A DNA stretch of 62,412 nucleotides, the filler included. It is 4 parts of 4 records of this genome, joined end to end, with 100 filler letters (N's around TTAATTAATTAA, not from the genome) between each part and the next. Parts side by side here need not be neighbours in the genome. Positions count along the whole stretch, not along the records: positions 38,572 to 56,995 come from DRR723986_5074; positions 57,096 to 62,412 come from DRR723986_5122; 2 more parts are not named here. The stretch is one strand, 5' to 3'. The notes under the pieces are model-generated. The model saw only the letters and a list, made by a program, of their open reading frames with translations. It made no database searches and was not told the DNA's origin. Positions within the stretch are counted from its first letter, which is position 1. Each line of letters starts with the position of its first letter. The position numbers and the translations under genes are program-made. Shown here one piece after another: positions 50,132-60,641 of the stretch.

Positions 50132-51019
50132 ATGCAATTTCTGGTTCTCGGAGCGGCGGCAGGCGGTGGCTTGCCGCAGTGGAATTGCGGTTGCCCAAAC
50201 TGCAATGACGCCCGAATGGGCAAAATCCCCTCCGCGAGCCAGTCTTCACTGGCTGTATCCGTGGATGGCAACAACTGGGCGGTGCTTAACGCGTCGCCTG
50301 ACATACGAGCGCAAATGCAGGCTTGCCCGCGCATGCATCCCCGCAGCTTGCGGGATACGCCAATCTCTTCGGTTTTGCTGACCAATGGGGATATCGACCA
50401 CATCGCGGGCTTGCTGAGCCTGCGGGAACAAACACCGTTTACCTTATTCGGCACCTCTGAAATTCTTGATCTGCTGACAGCAAACCGTGTGTTTGACGCT
50501 GTGAACGCGGAAAAAGTCCCGCGTCGCTCAGTGGCGATTGGCGCCTCTTTCATGATGTTACCCAACCTCGAAGCGCAGGTTTTCCCGGTGCCGGGCAAGG
50601 TTCCCCTGTTCATGGAAGGCGAGACCGTCAAAACCGATCTTGTGGGAGAGCAAACCGTTGGGGTTCGGCTAAGTGATGGCACCCATGTCGCTTATTACAT
50701 CCCCGGTTGTGCAGACGTCACCGAAGATCTGCTGACCACTATCGAAGATGCCGATCAGTTGTTTTTCGACGGAACGCTGTGGCAAGACGATGAAATGATC
50801 CAAAGTGGGACCGGCGTGAAAACCGGCCAGCGTATGGGGCATATTTCGATAAGCGGCCCAGATGGCTCCATCGCGCAGCTTGCGCATCTGAAGGCGCGAA
50901 AAACGTTTATCCATATCAATAACACAAACCCTGTCTGGCAACCCAACAGCCCTGAACGTGCGTTTGTTTTGGAAAATGGCTGGGAAATCGCTGCTGACGG
51001 GATGGAGATCGCGCTATGA
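50132..51019 (+). CDS. pqqB: PQQ biosynthesis protein B
   Basis: LGAAAGGGLPQWNCGCPNC, DIDH, MGH, HINNTNP. Confidence 0.97.
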   Translation: MQFLVLGAAAGGGLPQWNCGCPNCNDARMGKIPSASQSSLAVSVDGNNWAVLNASPDIRAQMQACPRMHPRSLRDTPISSVLLTNGDIDHIAGLLSLREQTPFTLFGTSEILDLLTANRVFDAVNAEKVPRRSVAIGASFMMLPNLEAQVFPVPGKVPLFMEGETVKTDLVGEQTVGVRLSDGTHVAYYIPGCADVTEDLLTTIEDADQLFFDGTLWQDDEMIQSGTGVKTGQRMGHISISGPDGSIAQLAHLKARKTFIHINNTNPVWQPNSPERAFVLENGWEIAADGMEIAL

Positions 51020-51762
51020 CGCACCCTGTTGCCACCCCAGAGATTGAAACGCTTGAGGACCGTCTGCGTGCGATTGGGGCAGAACGCTATCACGACAAGC
51101 ACCCCTTTCATCACATGCTGCATGCGGGGGAATGTAACCCGGACCAAGTGCGGGCCTGGGTCATAAATCGGTGGGCGTATCAAGCGGCGATCCCGATGAA
51201 AGACGCGGCTTTCATGTCGCGCTGTGGGCCGGACATGCGGCGCAACTGGCGCAGCAGGATCGAAGATCACGATGGGGGCGTAGAAGACGGCGGCGGTATT
51301 CGGCGGTGGCTGAAGCTGGCCGAAGCGGTTGGGCTGGATCCTGATTATGTTGCATCTGGTCGGGGTGTGTTGCCTGCAACTCAATTCGCAGTTGATGCAT
51401 ATGTGCGATATGTTCGAGATATGCCGTTGCTACAAGCCGTGGCATCGTCGTTGACGGAACTGTTTGCCCCCTCCATCCATGAACGCCGGATTGAGGGCAT
51501 GTTGAAGCATTACGACTTCGCCAACGCAACTTCGATGTCCTATTTCCAAAAACGTCTGAGCGAAGCACCTAAAGATGTGAAATTTGGCTTGGCTTGGGTG
51601 CTAGAGCACGCCGACACCGCTGAAAAAGAAGATATGGCCTGTGAGGCGTTGATCTTTAAAACGAACGTCCTTTGGGCGCAGTTGGATGCTTTGTGGGGCG
51701 CTTATGTTGAACCGGGTCGTATCCCGCCCGGTGCGTGGAAACCGGGTGAGGGGATGTTATGA
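51016..51762 (+). CDS. pqqC: PQQ synthase
   Basis: [28 protein letters not shown]. Confidence 0.96.
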   Translation: MTHPVATPEIETLEDRLRAIGAERYHDKHPFHHMLHAGECNPDQVRAWVINRWAYQAAIPMKDAAFMSRCGPDMRRNWRSRIEDHDGGVEDGGGIRRWLKLAEAVGLDPDYVASGRGVLPATQFAVDAYVRYVRDMPLLQAVASSLTELFAPSIHERRIEGMLKHYDFANATSMSYFQKRLSEAPKDVKFGLAWVLEHADTAEKEDMACEALIFKTNVLWAQLDALWGAYVEPGRIPPGAWKPGEGML

Positions 51763-52046
51763 CGCTCAAGCTGTTGGCCGGGGATCGTCCGTTTTTGCCC
51801 CGTGGGGTGCGCATCATTGATGACCGTGTGCGCGGAGGCAAAGTTTTACTCGCGCCGGAAAAGGCGGTTGCATTGGATGCCATTGGCGAAGCGATCCTGT
51901 CACGTGTCGATGGCGAAACCCGGTTTGATGCTTTGATCGCTGATTTGGCCGCGACGTATGATGCCCCTGCGGAACAGATCACAGGCGACGTCCAAACCTT
52001 TCTCGTTGGCCTGAGGGCGCGGATGTTTTTGGCGGTGCATGCATGA
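51759..52046 (+). CDS. pqqD: PQQ peptide chaperone
   Basis: VLLAPE, 95 aa, between pqqC and pqqE. Confidence 0.93.
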   Translation: MTLKLLAGDRPFLPRGVRIIDDRVRGGKVLLAPEKAVALDAIGEAILSRVDGETRFDALIADLAATYDAPAEQITGDVQTFLVGLRARMFLAVHA

Positions 52047-53125
52047 CGGCGCCCCCACCCATCGCCATGCTGGCCGAGCTGACGCACCGCTGCCCTTTGG
52101 CTTGTCCCTACTGTTCGAACCCAACCGATCTGCTGACGCGCGATCATGAGTTGAACACAGATACCTGGGCCGATGTGTTTCGTCAGGCGGCAGAAATGGG
52201 TGTGTTGCAGCTGCACATTTCGGGCGGCGAACCCGCCTCGCGTCCTGATCTTGTGGACCTGACCCAAGCCGCAGCTCAGGCCGGTCTTTACACCAACCTG
52301 ATAACCAGCGGTGTTGGGTTGACCCCGAAACGGTTGGATGCGCTTGAACAGGTCGGGCTGGATCACATCCAGCTCTCGTTGCAAGGCACCACCGCAGACT
52401 TGGCGGATTGGATCGGCGGTTACAAAGGCGGCTTTGATCGCAAGATGAAAGTTGCAACCGAGATAAAAAATAGGGGCATTCCCCTGACGTTGAATGCGGT
52501 CATGCATCGCCACAACCTTGATGATCTGGAACGCACGATTGAGATGGCGGTGGATTTGGGCGCGCGGCGGCTCGAGGTGGCCTGTGTGCAATTTCATGGA
52601 TGGGCTGAAACCAACCGGGATCAATTGCTGCCGACATTGGAACAGACCCAAGAGGCGAAACGGATCGTATCCGAGGCGGAAAACCGATTGCGTGGAACGA
52701 TGGCATTTGATTTTGTTCCACCAGATTATTATTCCGACTTCCCAAAGGCCTGCATGGGTGGCTGGGGGTCAACAGGGTTGAATGTCACCCCAGATGGAAC
52801 GGTTTTGCCCTGTCACGCAGCGGAAAGCATTCCGCACCTGAAATTCGACAACGCTCAGGACCGGCCACTGTCCGATATTTGGTACAAAAGCGAGGCCTTT
52901 AACGCCTATCGCGGTACCGATTGGTTGCCATATCCGTGTCAGAGCTGCGACCGCAAAGAGATTGATTTTGGTGGATGCCGGTGTCAGGCGCTTGCCTTGG
53001 TCGGGGACGCCAGTGCGACGGACCCGGTCTGCCATAAGTCCCCACATCACCAGAAAGTGCTTCAGGCGCTTGATGTGGCAATGAGCGCGCCTGAGCAGGA
53101 TATGGTTTACCGAAAAATCAACTGA
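52043..53125 (+). CDS. pqqE: PQQ radical SAM peptide cyclase
   Basis: [32 protein letters not shown] cysteines. Confidence 0.97.
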   Translation: MTAPPPIAMLAELTHRCPLACPYCSNPTDLLTRDHELNTDTWADVFRQAAEMGVLQLHISGGEPASRPDLVDLTQAAAQAGLYTNLITSGVGLTPKRLDALEQVGLDHIQLSLQGTTADLADWIGGYKGGFDRKMKVATEIKNRGIPLTLNAVMHRHNLDDLERTIEMAVDLGARRLEVACVQFHGWAETNRDQLLPTLEQTQEAKRIVSEAENRLRGTMAFDFVPPDYYSDFPKACMGGWGSTGLNVTPDGTVLPCHAAESIPHLKFDNAQDRPLSDIWYKSEAFNAYRGTDWLPYPCQSCDRKEIDFGGCRCQALALVGDASATDPVCHKSPHHQKVLQALDVAMSAPEQDMVYRKIN

Positions 53126-53127
53126 CT

Positions 53128-53161
53128 TTAGACCGCCACGATTTTAGATTTGGCGGTCTAA
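53128..53161. terminator. Hairpin between convergent pqqE and acyl-CoA dehydrogenase
   Basis: TTAGACCGCCA-N12-TGGCGGTCTAA. Confidence 0.6.
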
Positions 53162-53181
53162 GTCTGTAAAATCAGCCGCGC

Positions 53182-54423
53182 TTATCGCGGCGGTGGGGTC
53201 AACCAAATCGCAGACCGGCCCCGGTTTGAGGCTTTAATCTCCATCTTTGCGATTGATTGCATATGCACCTCGTCAGGGCCGTCGGCATACCGCAAGGCGC
53301 GCGCCCACGTATAGCTGTCGGCTAGCGGGGTGTCTGGCGTCAGCCCCATTGCACCAAAGGCTTGCATTGCGCGGTCGGTGACTGTCGCGTGCACATTCGG
53401 CGCGACCACTTTGATCAACGAGATTTCTTTGCGGGCGGCTTTGGCCCCCTCCTTGTCGATTTTCCAAGCGGCTTTGAGTGTCAGCAAACGTGCTTGTTCG
53501 ATTTCAAGGCGCGAGCGGGCAATCCATTCGCGGGTAACGCCTTGCTCCGACAGGTATTTCCCAAACGTTTTGCGCTCTTGCAACCGTTCAATCATCAGGT
53601 CCAGTGCCATTTCGGCGGCCCCGATAGAGCGCATGCAGTGATGAATGCGACCGGGGCCTAATCGTGCTTGGGCAAGGGCAAAGCCACTGCCTTCTTCACC
53701 CAACAGATTGCCAGCTGGTATGCGCACATTCTGGAACACGATCTCTGCGTGGCCCTCGGGGTCATGCATGTTCAATATGGTTGGGTTGCGCACAATTTCG
53801 ACACCGGGCGTATCGCGTGGGACAATGATCATGCTTTGCTGTTTGTGGGTTTCGGCGTTTGGGTCGGTCTTGCCCATCACGATCAGGACCTTGCAATTGG
53901 GATGGCAGGCGTTGGTGATAAACCACTTCCGTCCATTGATCACATAGTCATCGCCATCCCGACGAATGGATGTGGTGATATTGGTCGCATCCGATGACGC
54001 AACATCGGGTTCCGTCATGGCAAAAGCAGACCGAATTTCGCCGTTGAGCAGGGGAACCAACCATTCTTTGCGCTGCTGTTCTGTGGCGAACATGTGCAAC
54101 AATTCCATGTTCCCGGTATCCGGCGCGTTGCAGTTGAAGACCTCGGAGGCCCAGCTGACCTGACCCAAAATCTCTGCCAATGGTGCGTATTCCAGATTGC
54201 TCAGGCCGGTGCCCGGTTCGTCGTCGCGAAGGCTGGGTAAAAACAGGTTCCACAGACCTTCGGCTTTGGCCAGTGCCTTGAGATCTTCCATGAAGGAAAC
54301 GGGAAATTGCCCGGCCTCAATCTCGGCTTTGTGGGCCGGGATGCGCGGATAGATATGTGTTTCCATAAACGTCAGCAGTTTCTGGCGCAATTCTTCGGTC
54401 CGTGGAGAATGGTCAAAATCCAT
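53182..54423 (-). CDS. Acyl-CoA dehydrogenase
   Basis: FNCNAPDTGNME, MTEPDVASSDA, GRKWF, LGPGRIHHCMR, ADGPDEVH. Confidence 0.95.
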   Translation of the reverse strand: MDFDHSPRTEELRQKLLTFMETHIYPRIPAHKAEIEAGQFPVSFMEDLKALAKAEGLWNLFLPSLRDDEPGTGLSNLEYAPLAEILGQVSWASEVFNCNAPDTGNMELLHMFATEQQRKEWLVPLLNGEIRSAFAMTEPDVASSDATNITTSIRRDGDDYVINGRKWFITNACHPNCKVLIVMGKTDPNAETHKQQSMIIVPRDTPGVEIVRNPTILNMHDPEGHAEIVFQNVRIPAGNLLGEEGSGFALAQARLGPGRIHHCMRSIGAAEMALDLMIERLQERKTFGKYLSEQGVTREWIARSRLEIEQARLLTLKAAWKIDKEGAKAARKEISLIKVVAPNVHATVTDRAMQAFGAMGLTPDTPLADSYTWARALRYADGPDEVHMQSIAKMEIKASNRGRSAIWLTPPPR

Positions 54424-54518
54424 GGAATACCTCGTCTTGTTTCAGTGAGCGATTAGCTGTGGTTGCGCCCGGGATACCAAGCCCCTTGTCATTCTGGAAA
54501 TTAATATACAGAATTAGG

Positions 54519-54539
54519 ATCATTCACATTGGGAATGAT
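54519..54539. promoter_or_regulatory. LysR-type T-N11-A operator
   Basis: Perfect dyad ATCATTC-N7-GAATGAT at the LysR start. Confidence 0.65.
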
Positions 54540-54540
54540 G

Positions 54541-55452
54541 ATGCGCTTGAATCGACTCGACCTGAATTTGTTTCTGGTCTTTGATACCATCTATACAGAA
54601 CGCAACCTGACCCGTGCAGCGGAACGATTGTCGCTGACCCAACCAACCGTCAGCAACGCCTTGGCGCGGTTGCGACATGCGTTAGATGACCCGTTGTTTG
54701 TCAAAAGCGGGGGCGGGATGCAGCCCACCAGCTTTGCCGACAGTATTGCGGGCCGTGTTTCAGATGCGTTGACCTTGCTTCAATCGGCCTCGCTCAAGGC
54801 GGAACGGTTTGATCCCGCAACCAGTCGTAGGATTTTTCGGCTGAGCGTGCTGGATCTGCATGACGCGGAATTGCTGCCGGATCTTGTGCAAGACCTGAGC
54901 GTTTGCGCGCCCGGTGTCGAATTGCGAGTGCTGCGGTTGCCCCGGTCAGAGCTGCCCCAAGCGTTGGCGCGTGGAACCGTCGAAATCGCGACTGACATTC
55001 CCTTGCGCGATACCACAAACCTAAGCAGCCAGATTGTTGCCAAAGACGACTATGTCTGCGCCATGCGTCCGGGTCACCCGGCGGGCGACCAAGAGCTGAC
55101 ACTTGAAAGGTATCTAGAGCTCAGACACATCCATATTTCGTCGCGCCAACAGGGGGCCGCAGCGGTGGATATTGCGCTGCGCAAGCGTGGAATACGGCGC
55201 CAGTTTGGCCTGCAAATGCAGAACTATTACTCGGTTGTTCCTATCGTGTTAGGAACCGACATGGTGGTGACGGTGACGCGCGATCTGGCTAGACGTTTTG
55301 GCCTGCAGGCGCGGCCTTTGCCGTTGGCGGTTAAACCTTTGGAAATTCATCTGTATCGGCATATCCGCTCAGATGGCGATGCGGCGATTGATTGGTTGTT
55401 CGCGCGCATCTTAGATCTGTCGAAACGGGCTGGCTCAGCCTTGCCGGAGTAG
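54541..55452 (+). CDS. LysR-family transcriptional regulator
   Basis: DLNL, TRAAERLSLTQPTVSNALARLR, DPLF; ATGs at 54535, 54538, 54541. Confidence 0.95.
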   Translation: MRLNRLDLNLFLVFDTIYTERNLTRAAERLSLTQPTVSNALARLRHALDDPLFVKSGGGMQPTSFADSIAGRVSDALTLLQSASLKAERFDPATSRRIFRLSVLDLHDAELLPDLVQDLSVCAPGVELRVLRLPRSELPQALARGTVEIATDIPLRDTTNLSSQIVAKDDYVCAMRPGHPAGDQELTLERYLELRHIHISSRQQGAAAVDIALRKRGIRRQFGLQMQNYYSVVPIVLGTDMVVTVTRDLARRFGLQARPLPLAVKPLEIHLYRHIRSDGDAAIDWLFARILDLSKRAGSALPE

Positions 55453-56994
55453 TCGCAAGGCATTGGCCACAACCGCAAGCGATACACCCACATCTGCGGC
55501 GATTGCCCCCCACATCGACGCCATGCCCAATGCCGTCAAACCCGCAAACAGGGCTTTGGTGGCTAAGGCAAAGCCGATGTTCTGACGAATGATGGTCATG
55601 GTGCGGCGTGAATGATCCACGAGCCATGGCAGTTTGCCGATGTCATCGCTCATCAACGCGATGTCAGCGGTTTCGATCGCCGCATCAGAGCCCACAGCAC
55701 CCATTGCGATTGCGATGTCAGCGCGTGCCATCGCGGGGGCGTCGTTAACCCCATCCCCAACCATCGCCACTACGTCATAGGTTTCGGTCAATTCCTCAAT
55801 GGCTGCGACCTTTTCCTGCGGCAGCAATCCGGCGCGCACCTCATCAATGCCAACTGTTTCGGCGACGGCGCGGGCGGTCGGTTCGTTGTCCCCCGTGAGC
55901 ATGACAATCTTTTTCACGCCTTGTGCATGCAGTTTGGAGATCATAGCGCGCGCATCGGGGCGAATTTTGTCGCGCAGCTCAAGCAGGCCCAGCAGTGTTG
56001 TGCTGTCACCTATAGCGACCAGAGTGCTGCCCGCTGTTTCAAATTGCTGTTTCAGGCTGTCTGGGATTTCAAAACCCTGTTCGCGCGCAAAACGTTCCGA
56101 TCCCAACCACACGTCGCGCCCGTCCACGATGCCCTCGACACCGCGTCCGGGAACGGTGCGGGTTTGTTCGGCAGGGACCGTTTCGCCCGCATACGCCACA
56201 ATGGCGCGGGCAAGGGGGTGGGACGATCTGATCTCAAGCGCGGCGGCGATGTGCAGCAGGCTGGCGTCGTCATCCATGAACGAGTGAACGGACGCGATTT
56301 CCGGCGCTCCCTCGGTAATCGTGCCTGTTTTATCGATAGCCAAGGCGGTCAGGCGGCTGGGGGTTTCAACATATGCCCCCCCTTTGATCAGCACACCGTT
56401 GCGGGCCGAGGCAGCAAGGGCTGCAACAATGGAGACAGGTGTGGAAATAACCAGCGCGCAGGGGCAGGCGATGACAAGCAGAACAAGCGCGTTATATGCC
56501 CAATCCGCCCAAACCGCCCCAAACACAAGAGGCGGGACAAGAGCGATAAAGGTTGCCAACCCCATGATGAACGGGGTGTAGATGCGGGCGAATTTTGTGA
56601 CCCATTGTTCAATGTCCGCACGCCGGGAATGGGCGTCGCTGACCATCCGGGTGATTTTGGCCAACACTGTGTCGCTTGCGACATGGCTTGCCTGAATGGT
56701 CAGGGTGCCTTCGCCGTTGATGGTTCCCGCGAAAACGGTGTCTCCGGCCTCTTTCACCACCATGGCGCTTTCGCCTGTAATTGGGGCTTGGTCGACGCCA
56801 CCGATGCCGCTTTGGACTGTGCCGTCTAGGGGGATGCGATCACCACCTCGCACGATAAAGGTATCACCGATCGCGACCTGTGCGGCAGGAATATCCTGTT
56901 CGGTTTTCCCATCCTTAGACACAACACGGGCCGTTGGCGGGGCCAGATCCAACAGCGCCGCGACCGCATTGCGCGCCCGTCCGACGCTCCAGCT
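55435..56994 (-). CDS. Heavy-metal P1B-type ATPase (ZntA/CadA-like), 5'-truncated
   Basis: TGES, CPC, DKTGT, HP, GDGVNDAP, QN...K, ADVG. Confidence 0.92.
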   Translation of the reverse strand, partial: SWSVGRARNAVAALLDLAPPTARVVSKDGKTEQDIPAAQVAIGDTFIVRGGDRIPLDGTVQSGIGGVDQAPITGESAMVVKEAGDTVFAGTINGEGTLTIQASHVASDTVLAKITRMVSDAHSRRADIEQWVTKFARIYTPFIMGLATFIALVPPLVFGAVWADWAYNALVLLVIACPCALVISTPVSIVAALAASARNGVLIKGGAYVETPSRLTALAIDKTGTITEGAPEIASVHSFMDDDASLLHIAAALEIRSSHPLARAIVAYAGETVPAEQTRTVPGRGVEGIVDGRDVWLGSERFAREQGFEIPDSLKQQFETAGSTLVAIGDSTTLLGLLELRDKIRPDARAMISKLHAQGVKKIVMLTGDNEPTARAVAETVGIDEVRAGLLPQEKVAAIEELTETYDVVAMVGDGVNDAPAMARADIAIAMGAVGSDAAIETADIALMSDDIGKLPWLVDHSRRTMTIIRQNIGFALATKALFAGLTALGMASMWGAIAADVGVSLAVVANALRLLRQG

Positions 56995-56995
56995 T

Positions 56996-57095
56996 NNNNN
57001 NNNNNNNNNNNNNNNNNNNNNNNNNNNNNNNNNNNNNNNTTAATTAATTAANNNNNNNNNNNNNNNNNNNNNNNNNNNNNNNNNNNNNNNNNNNN
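56996..57095. other. Artificial contig linker
   Basis: N44-TTAATTAATTAA-N44. Confidence 0.98.
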
Positions 57096-57140
57096 CACAG
57101 CGACCTCAACGCTGCGCGTCTACCATTCCGCCACAGCCGC
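57096..57140 (-). tRNA. tRNA-Leu(GAG), 5' half; 3' half lost in gap
   Basis: Minus strand GCGGCTGTGGCGGAATGGTAGACGCGCAGCGTTGAGGTCGCTGTG; anticodon arm CAGCG-TTGAGGT-CGCTG. Confidence 0.92.
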
Positions 57141-57262
57141 ACGCCGTGGTAGGTGGGCACCGTTTAGACAAAGATGCAGGGCTTGTGAAGAGGCAATCGG
57201 CAACAAAATGCCCCGCTGCCAACGGGCAACAGGGCTTTGATTTTTCGAAGGTCGGCTGTCGC

Positions 57263-58594
57263 CTATTCGCTGATCGAGAAGGTTGGCAAACCGGAGCTTG
57301 AGGCAGGCTGTACCTGTGGCAATGTGCTGGCCGGGGCGCCTGCCATTCGCATGGAGGCCTGGCGCAGCAGTTCGGTGCGCTCGGGCTGGCCGGGGACAAA
57401 CACCGCAGCGGCCCCTGTATCAGCAGCAGCCAGCGCCGCCTGATACCAGCTTTGCGCCATGTCGATGCGTTTGGCCGGACCAAACCCCTGGCTGAGGTGG
57501 TGACCCATCAATTCGCCATACACCCCCTCGCCCATGGTATAGAGCAGCAGCGCCGATCCGATCGCCACATCCATATTATCGGTGCGATATCCAACGCCAA
57601 GACAGATCCGTGCGGTGCCCGCCAGCTGCGCCGGGGACATGCCGGTGGTCAACACAAAGGACGACACATCCGCCACAACTGCATCGCGCGACTTGAGCGA
57701 GAGCGAGGCGACCTTGTCTTGCATGGCGGGGCCAAAGCCCGCGCATTGCTGGGCAATCTGATCAGGGGTGAAGCCCTGGATCTGGCTGACCAGTTCTTCG
57801 GATTTTGCTATGGCATAGGTCCGTGCGAGACAGAACTGTTCATTGATCGCCACGTTCGGGTCACTCATCGTCGCCAATGTGGTAAAACCGCCGTTAGTGT
57901 TGGTGATCAAGGACACCGTGTTGCAATGGGAGGCCAGCGAGGCCTGCGTGCCTGCGCCCATGAAGTTGGGCAAACCGGTTGTAGCTGGTGCGACAGCGTT
58001 GGCCAGACCCGCCGCCCCGGCCAAAGGCGCGGTGGCAGTAACAACCTGTTGGGTTTGTGGCACCTGCTGCGGTGCGACCACAATGGTGGTGGACGGCGCG
58101 GTGGCGGGTGCCGCCTGCCCGGCCATTTCGGCGCGGTAGGTTTTCAACAATCCGCGCGTGCCGTCGGGCGTGGCGGCGACCTGCTGTTGCACCGCATATC
58201 CCCCCGCCTGCGCGCGGTTGTAGCTTGAGATCAGCAGGTTCTGTTCAAAGGCAGACAATTGCCCCGTGACCGGATAGCCAAGGTAGGCCTGATACTGCGA
58301 CACGGCGTTGCGGGTCTTGCGGCCCAACTGTCCATCAACAGATCCGGCGTCAAACCCGAAATAGTTCAACGACGCCTGAATGTTCTTGCCTTCCTGGGTG
58401 GATGGCAATTTGGAGCGGGACGATTTCTTGCGATAAGTTCTGGTCGAACGTCGCTGCTTTTTCGCATTTGCCCCCACGATCCCGCCAATGATCGCACCAG
58501 CGATGAAATCCCCTGCATCTGCTTCCACACGGTCCGCCGGCAGCAGGCTAAGCGATGCCGCCAAAACGGCACCTGTCATGACCTTAAAGTACAT
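57263..58594 (-). CDS. Exported peptidoglycan-binding domain protein
   Basis: Signal peptide, IQASLNYFGFDAGSVDGQLGRKTRNAVSQYQ; ATG 58594. Confidence 0.85.
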   Translation of the reverse strand: MYFKVMTGAVLAASLSLLPADRVEADAGDFIAGAIIGGIVGANAKKQRRSTRTYRKKSSRSKLPSTQEGKNIQASLNYFGFDAGSVDGQLGRKTRNAVSQYQAYLGYPVTGQLSAFEQNLLISSYNRAQAGGYAVQQQVAATPDGTRGLLKTYRAEMAGQAAPATAPSTTIVVAPQQVPQTQQVVTATAPLAGAAGLANAVAPATTGLPNFMGAGTQASLASHCNTVSLITNTNGGFTTLATMSDPNVAINEQFCLARTYAIAKSEELVSQIQGFTPDQIAQQCAGFGPAMQDKVASLSLKSRDAVVADVSSFVLTTGMSPAQLAGTARICLGVGYRTDNMDVAIGSALLLYTMGEGVYGELMGHHLSQGFGPAKRIDMAQSWYQAALAAADTGAAAVFVPGQPERTELLRQASMRMAGAPASTLPQVQPASSSGLPTFSISE

Positions 58595-58750
58595 TTTCCG
58601 CTCCAAAAATTGAATCACTCTATTGGCATCAAGGCTACCACAGGTTGCTTGGGGGCCAAGCTAAAGTTGATCACAAATCGCGCCTTTGCCCTTGAAACAC
58701 GGCTTTTTCGTGCCAATCTTGGCCGCTTAACCCCCAATTGCGAGGCCCTC

Positions 58751-59428
58751 ATGTCAGATCCAACACCCAAAACCGACGCCCCGGTTATCCAGATTGATAT
58801 CATCTCTGACGTCATGTGCCCGTGGTGCATTGTTGGCTTCAAACAGCTTGAGCAGGCGCTGGGGATGACCGGTGTGGGCGCTTATATCCGGTGGCATCCG
58901 TTCGAATTGAACCCGGCGATGCCGCCCGAAGGTCAGAACCTGACCGAGCATATCGCAGAAAAATACGGTGCCTCGGCGGAGCAATCCGCGCAGAACCGTA
59001 AACATCTGGTCGATTTGGGGCAATCGCTTGGCTTTCCATTCAATTTCGGACCGGACAGCCGGATCGTAAACACCTTTGCCGCGCATCAACTGCTGGATTG
59101 GGCGCAGGAACACGGGTTGCAACATCCGCTGAAGATGGCGCTGTTTGCGGCGCATTTTCAGGATGGCAAGGATGTCTCGACGCAGGAGGTTCTACTGGAC
59201 ACGGCGCAGTCGGTGGGCCTTGACCGGGACGCCGCCGCGGAAGTGCTGGAAAGCGGCAGCCGTGCAGAGGAAACTCGCGCACGACAGCAATTCTGGACTT
59301 CGCGGGGGATTTCGGGCGTGCCTTCGATGGTGTTTGCGGGAAAGTACCTGCTGACCGGGGCGCAAGGCGCAGAAAACTATGCGCAAATGCTGATGAAAGT
59401 GGTGCAAGAGGCCGATGAGGCGGCGTAG
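58751..59428 (+). CDS. DsbA/FrnE-family oxidoreductase
   Basis: ISDVMCPWC, PFELNP, GISGVP; ATG 58751. Confidence 0.92.
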   Translation: MSDPTPKTDAPVIQIDIISDVMCPWCIVGFKQLEQALGMTGVGAYIRWHPFELNPAMPPEGQNLTEHIAEKYGASAEQSAQNRKHLVDLGQSLGFPFNFGPDSRIVNTFAAHQLLDWAQEHGLQHPLKMALFAAHFQDGKDVSTQEVLLDTAQSVGLDRDAAAEVLESGSRAEETRARQQFWTSRGISGVPSMVFAGKYLLTGAQGAENYAQMLMKVVQEADEAA

Positions 59429-59476
59429 CGCCGCCGTGATTGATCCCTTCCCCCGCCTCCAATGACAGGCTAGACC

Positions 59477-60163
59477 GTGCCCATGGTAGAATGGATCACA
59501 ACAGACGGCTTGACCGATTACCGCGAGGCCGAAGCCTGGATGGAGGCCCGCGCCAACGCCATCGCGGCGGGCGAGGCTGAGGAATGTATCTGGCTGGTGG
59601 AGCATCCGCCGCTTTATACCGCTGGCACTTCAGCCAAAATCGAAGATCTAACAGATCCGGGCCGCTTTGACGTCTATGAAACCAAGCGCGGCGGGCAATA
59701 CACCTATCATGGACCGGGACAGCGGGTGGCCTATGTGATGTTGAACGTGGCCGCGCGTGGGCGCGACGTTCGGTGTTTTGTGCGCCAGCTTGAGGCTTGG
59801 GTGATTGCAACGCTGGATCAGTTCAACCTGCACGGCGAGATCCGCGATGGCCGGGTTGGGGTCTGGGTCCAGCGCCCCGAAAAGCCGCCACAGCCCGACG
59901 GCACACCTGCCGAAGACAAGATTGCGGCGATTGGCATTCGCCTGCGCAAATGGGTCAGCTTTCACGGCATCAGTATCAATGTCGAACCGGATCTGGAGCA
60001 TTTCACCGGCATCGTGCCCTGCGGGATCACCCAGCACGGGGTGACGTCGCTGGTTGATATGGGGTTGCCGGTCACCATGGACGATGTCGATGTCGCGTTG
60101 CGTGCAACCTTTGATCAGGTGTTTGATGCGCAACCGGATGGGGCTTGCCCATTGCCAAGCTAA
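59477..60163 (+). CDS. lipB: Octanoyltransferase
   Basis: [34 protein letters not shown]. Confidence 0.97.
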   Translation: MPMVEWITTDGLTDYREAEAWMEARANAIAAGEAEECIWLVEHPPLYTAGTSAKIEDLTDPGRFDVYETKRGGQYTYHGPGQRVAYVMLNVAARGRDVRCFVRQLEAWVIATLDQFNLHGEIRDGRVGVWVQRPEKPPQPDGTPAEDKIAAIGIRLRKWVSFHGISINVEPDLEHFTGIVPCGITQHGVTSLVDMGLPVTMDDVDVALRATFDQVFDAQPDGACPLPS

Positions 60164-60335
60164 CCTGCGGTCAGACCCGCGCCAAACGCCCCCTGGAAAT
60201 TGCCCGCCGATCCGCCCTTTTTGCCCTTGTCAGCGTCAAGAATTTTGTAGCAATAGGCGCAATTAATCCAACCATCCCATTTCGGCCATCGGCAGATTTC
60301 CCATCTCCTTCCCCATGTCGCGCAGGACCACTCAA

Positions 60336-60641
60336 GTGCCAGAACAAGACCCCCGCTCCGATTTCATCCGCCACGTTGTCTTTTTCAGCGCCAAGAACCC
60401 TGATGACATTGACCGCATCGTTGATGGGCTATCGAAACTGGCTGAGATCCCGTCAGTTAAACATTTTGAAGTATCGCGTAACCGGAACGAAGACCGGTTT
60501 GGCAACGAGGTTGACGTCATCGTTTATGCCGAATTCGAAGACGACACGGCGTTGACCGCCTACCGTACCCACCAGATCTACCAAGATTGCATTGATATCG
60601 TGCGCCCGCTTCGCGATTTGCGCATTGCGGCTGATTTTTAG
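60336..60641 (+). CDS. Dabb (stress-responsive A/B barrel) family protein
   Basis: IRHVVFF, YRTH, RIAADF; GTG 60336 (ATG 60315 alternative). Confidence 0.85.
   Translation: MPEQDPRSDFIRHVVFFSAKNPDDIDRIVDGLSKLAEIPSVKHFEVSRNRNEDRFGNEVDVIVYAEFEDDTALTAYRTHQIYQDCIDIVRPLRDLRIAADF

Noticed and set aside
55612-56829. 405-aa plus-strand ORF
   Set aside because: Antisense shadow of the P-type ATPase.
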